A program made the translations under genes and the position numbers. Under the pieces are notes generated by a model, which worked only from the letters and a program-made list of their open reading frames with translations, was not told the origin of the DNA and did not search any database. Below are positions 60,240-64,000 of a stretch of 64,000 bases of DNA, piece after piece. The first letter of the stretch is position 1, and the number at the start of each line of letters is the position of its first letter. This DNA comes from Candidatus Omnitrophota bacterium (GTDB lineage: Bacteria > Omnitrophota > Gorgyraeia > Tantalellales > Tantalellaceae): NCBI GenBank assembly GCA_024277375.1, contig JAJRVD010000027.1:19063-83062 (forward strand), read 5' to 3'.

Positions 60240-63200
60240 ATGAAGAGTATAAAACTGGTCGTAGCGGTAGCGGTTTCGCTGTTACTCGCGTTTCCTATGA
60301 GTGTTCTTGCTGATGTGGTTGGTACGGTTACTTGCATCGAAGGCAGGGTTGATAGACTGGATATAGAAGGGGATAAGTATCTTCCTCTCGTAGTAGGCGA
60401 GGATATCTCAGTCGGCGACGCGATAAGAACAAAGAGTTTTTCTAAAATGGAAATTTCTTTTGAGGATAATTCTGTTGTTCAGCTGGGTGATAGCTCTCAG
60501 ATCAGGATCAAGGATTATACCGTGGGTGATGATGGATATAGGAAAAGCAGCGCCATAGATCTTGATAGAGGCAAGATACGTGCTATTGTGTCAAAAACTC
60601 CGGAGTTAACGCCGTTTGATATCAACACACCAAACGCATCCGGTTTTGTTAAAGGATCCGATATTTTCGTATCGTTCCTGCAGTCATCCACGAATGTATT
60701 GGTGACGGAAGGGACATTTACAATGGCCAACCCGACGTTTCCTGATGATCGTATAGACGTGAATCCCGGTATGACTTCGCTGGTGCCTTACAACGCGCCC
60801 CCCAAAGATCCGCGTGCTTTTTTGCCATCGGAGAAAGCAAAATACGAAGATGCAATTAGTCCCATTGTTAAAAAAACCGAAGGCGTAACGGAGAAACATT
60901 TCACCAAAGCTACGGTTTCCAAAACGTCCGGTGAGGTTAGAGTGCAGTCCAAAGGCACAAAAGAGTGGAAGGTGGTAACGAAAGATGTTGTGCTGAACGT
61001 GGGAGATCGAGTCGAAACGGGTAAAACCGGGAATATTCAGATAGTTTTTGATAACGGCCTTATCATAGAGCTACGCCCAAATACGCAACTTATTATTGTG
61101 AAGCTTAATCGTAACCCGAAAACAGGTGATTACGAAAGCATATTTGAATCAAAATACGGTAAGCTTATAGCCAAACTTCAGAATAAACCTGCCACGTCTA
61201 CGTTTCAGGTTAAGACTCCGCATGCGGTATGCGGTATACGCGGAACGATAATGTATCTTGATATCCTGCCTAATGCTACCAGAAGTTTTTTTGAAGGTGG
61301 TGAAGGTTTTGTGGCGGACGCCGCTACAGGCACGGCAAGAATAATACAGTTGGGAACTACCGCAACGACAGATGGTCAGGGGAATACGACAGAATCTGAG
61401 ACTACCGATGAGGAACGTTCCGGATTCGGTAGTGGTTTTGGTTCTGAGGGTGGCGATGAATACGGTTATTCAGGCGGAGGAGGTGGTGATCCCGCTGGTG
61501 ACCCTGATCCGGATCCGGCTCCGGCACCGGATCCCGCGCCGGTAGACCCGGACCCATCGGGTGGTGATGACCCCACAGGAGGTGATGTCGGAGACAATAT
61601 TACGAACGATATTATCGTTGACTTGACCAACCAGGAGCAGATAGTTCCGGTGGTGATAAATGATGAAAATACCGGCCCTGTTGATGTGAGAGCCGATTAT
61701 AACGGCACATATGGGTGTTACGGCTCTTTCGCGGCCGATCCGGAAAGTTGGGTGAGAGGCGTAATATCGGGTTCAACCAGCGGTGCTCCATGGATGGGTA
61801 TCTATCCGGCGGCGTTTGCGGGGGAATACTTCAATCCGAACGGATTAGACCTTTTTTGGGGTGAACTCGAAGGTGAAGGCTCGGACGGTGGAAGCATATA
61901 CGGGCGCATGGTCGGCGCTTCCGGTGATGCGCATGGAACGGAAACAGTGCTAGCGTCCCTATATGTGGATCCGTCCAATACGACGGGATGGATCTTTAAC
62001 GGTAATGACACTTCGGATGTCTTCTTTATACCCGTTACAGAAAGCCCTGTCCCGGCGGAAAATTTGCTGGATTCGATAAATGAAAGCGATGTGGAAACCG
62101 AATTGTGGTTTGATTTTTATAGAGATGAAGGCTATTTCGAAGGTGAATGCGAGGTCAATCAAATAAGCATCGACAGAGAAAACTGGGGTATATGGGAAGG
62201 TATTTTTAGCGCGTGGTATGACAACCCTGAAGGCATTGAGAACTGGACCGGTGTCAATATAGATGAGGCATTTGGTTCATGGCAGTATGGCCTTTTGATG
62301 GAAAGAAGAGTGTTGTCAGCACGAGTGATGGATTTTGACGGATTCGGCGAGGGTTATTCCATCACTGTTGTTGAGGGGATAGATGATCTGGAAGGATTTC
62401 TCCGAATGGATGTTATGGGGATGTATCTGGATTCTTACAGTCTTAACACTATGTATGGGACTATCGTGGGTACGTATGAGGCTAGAGATGGTTATTATTT
62501 CGAGGGTGTTGGCGCGGGAGGATGGAGTCAAAGTCCGCTTGCGTGGAGTGCGGAAGTGGATGCGTATTATCACTATCTCGATTATGGTGAGATTACTAGT
62601 GACGATTGTGAGTACGTTCATGCCGGTTTAGCGGGCGCTGTAACTTCACCGTTCGTTTCGCCCGGGACTCCGGTCGCGATCACCCTTATGGGGGAGACAG
62701 AACCCTATGGGTATATTTCATGGTGGGGGTATGTGTCCGAAAATGAGATGAGCGATGGTAGTGTTCTTCCCGACGGTTTTATCGGGGGGCGCACGAATTC
62801 CTGCGAGGGGATGCTTGCCAGTTTGTATATAGACGGCGACGGTCATGCCGGAACATTGTGGGGCAACTTTGACGGTGAATATTATGAGAATTTTGACATG
62901 TGGATGGCGACGGGAAGTATGACCGCTACGCAAAGAACCGTAGGGTATGACCCAGGGAGCTATGACACGGATGTTTACTATATGGATGGCGATATATACG
63001 GAGACTTTAATGATACGGGAGGGGAGATCTATTCTGACTATGGGATATACGGTGTGGCATATGGAGAACTGGGCGCGTACACAGCGTGGTTGATCAATCC
63101 CGAAACGGGTGATGCTGAACCGTGGGGTATATACAATATTGAACTTGGTGGTTATTTTGACTATCCAGATACATCGGACGACTGGACTCTTTATCTTGGT

Positions 63201-64000
63201 TGTGATAACGGTGAATGGCGTGATCTGGATCCGGATGAAAGATGGTTTGCGACCGTAGAAGGCAGTCAGTGGTCGGATCAAAGAATAGCGGGTACCTTAT
63301 ACGGAAGATATATGACTTCCAGGGTGCTGGGGACTATCAGCGGCGAAGTTCTCGGAAGCTATGATACGGAAGATTATGAGTCTTGGGAGGCGATAGCTCT
63401 CGGGGTGTTTACGGAAGAACCTCTTTCTCACCGTGGAAAAATCGAAGATGGTGAATTTTACGCGTTTACATTTGATGGGAGAATGGAATTCGGATTGAAT
63501 CCGGAACCCATCGGAGACATGAATGGTGTTATGGGTGGTGTGGGATCCTTGTGGTCGGGAGCGGATGACGTAACGTTATTGGGGTCGAGCCAATTGTATG
63601 ATAGTCTATCTTCTTGTGTGTGGAGGGCTCCTGTGTATAGTCGTAATGATGGAAGAATAACTTACACTACTTATGATGGCGGCGCTTACTATGGTTTCCT
63701 TCTCGGTTCACAGCGTGAGACTGAGATTGAAGGGGTGATGAGAGCACTGTACTTAGGACCGCCTGACGAGGATGGGAATATGGACGTTGGATTTGTTTCC
63801 GGTGATTTTTCCGGGGTGAATGCTCCCGATCTGGATATGTTCTGGATGGAAGGTTCCCTAGAGACAAATAGTATGGGTGTTTTTACGGAAATGCCGGGGA
63901 TATCATCACCTGAAGATCTGTACTTTTATTTCTCCGAGAACGATGAAGAGAGTTTCTTGGCCGGGGTAGGTGTTTGCCTGGGGGATCCGGAAGGAGAATC
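60240..64000 (+). CDS. Large secreted protein (>1250 aa, runs off window): two FecR domains, D/P-rich linker, acidic Gly/aromatic beta-repeat region
   Basis: GGAGG RBS, ATG 60240, signal peptide; INTPNASGFVKG and FQVKTPHAVCGIRGT; DPDPDPAPAPDP; repeated LASLY(V/I)D; absent from the ORF track, consistent with no stop before the window end. Confidence 0.8.
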   Translation, partial: MKSIKLVVAVAVSLLLAFPMSVLADVVGTVTCIEGRVDRLDIEGDKYLPLVVGEDISVGDAIRTKSFSKMEISFEDNSVVQLGDSSQIRIKDYTVGDDGYRKSSAIDLDRGKIRAIVSKTPELTPFDINTPNASGFVKGSDIFVSFLQSSTNVLVTEGTFTMANPTFPDDRIDVNPGMTSLVPYNAPPKDPRAFLPSEKAKYEDAISPIVKKTEGVTEKHFTKATVSKTSGEVRVQSKGTKEWKVVTKDVVLNVGDRVETGKTGNIQIVFDNGLIIELRPNTQLIIVKLNRNPKTGDYESIFESKYGKLIAKLQNKPATSTFQVKTPHAVCGIRGTIMYLDILPNATRSFFEGGEGFVADAATGTARIIQLGTTATTDGQGNTTESETTDEERSGFGSGFGSEGGDEYGYSGGGGGDPAGDPDPDPAPAPDPAPVDPDPSGGDDPTGGDVGDNITNDIIVDLTNQEQIVPVVINDENTGPVDVRADYNGTYGCYGSFAADPESWVRGVISGSTSGAPWMGIYPAAFAGEYFNPNGLDLFWGELEGEGSDGGSIYGRMVGASGDAHGTETVLASLYVDPSNTTGWIFNGNDTSDVFFIPVTESPVPAENLLDSINESDVETELWFDFYRDEGYFEGECEVNQISIDRENWGIWEGIFSAWYDNPEGIENWTGVNIDEAFGSWQYGLLMERRVLSARVMDFDGFGEGYSITVVEGIDDLEGFLRMDVMGMYLDSYSLNTMYGTIVGTYEARDGYYFEGVGAGGWSQSPLAWSAEVDAYYHYLDYGEITSDDCEYVHAGLAGAVTSPFVSPGTPVAITLMGETEPYGYISWWGYVSENEMSDGSVLPDGFIGGRTNSCEGMLASLYIDGDGHAGTLWGNFDGEYYENFDMWMATGSMTATQRTVGYDPGSYDTDVYYMDGDIYGDFNDTGGEIYSDYGIYGVAYGELGAYTAWLINPETGDAEPWGIYNIELGGYFDYPDTSDDWTLYLGCDNGEWRDLDPDERWFATVEGSQWSDQRIAGTLYGRYMTSRVLGTISGEVLGSYDTEDYESWEAIALGVFTEEPLSHRGKIEDGEFYAFTFDGRMEFGLNPEPIGDMNGVMGGVGSLWSGADDVTLLGSSQLYDSLSSCVWRAPVYSRNDGRITYTTYDGGAYYGFLLGSQRETEIEGVMRALYLGPPDEDGNMDVGFVSGDFSGVNAPDLDMFWMEGSLETNSMGVFTEMPGISSPEDLYFYFSENDEESFLAGVGVCLGDPEGE

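Noticed and set aside
60515-63867. Several short ORFs listed in the last 3.5 kb
   Set aside because: Shadows of the long plus-strand ORF from 60240 that runs off the window.

Overview
Bacterial chromosomal window, probably Candidatus Omnitrophota (PVC superphylum). This is inferred from two giant signal-peptide/multi-TM mosaic proteins, one with a QDAHCN N-terminal domain, and was not tested. Most genes are housekeeping: pabB, ispH, polyprenyl synthase, glgP, pcrA/uvrD, era, mgtE, purH, folC, mnmE, folE, accA, gpmI, speD-like/speB, leuS, comEA/comEC and five tRNAs. Notable layers: (1) two giant ORFs (about 2037 aa if two amber codons are read through, and 3657 aa) that share CPBP/Abi-protease-like TM modules and an identically spaced C-terminal motif, with internal signal-peptide-like repeats in the larger one, suggesting processed polyproteins; (2) an RsbW-STAS-MlaEFD-FecR-FecR-beta-barrel-CHASE2/PP2C cluster, plus a Slam-like barrel next to a double-FecR giant cargo, suggesting trans-envelope signalling; (3) many palindromic repeats, including a REP-flanked RAYT between comEA and comEC, a 119-bp TIR MITE carrying a REP doublet that sits inside other hairpin repeats in all four copies, and repeats translated in frame inside pabB, folC, leuS and a giant gene; (4) six in-frame stops and one lost start codon, with no frameshifts, all explainable by G:C>T:A changes. 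These most likely reflect damage, assembly error or a mutator rather than recoding. No CRISPR array, rRNA or prophage was seen.
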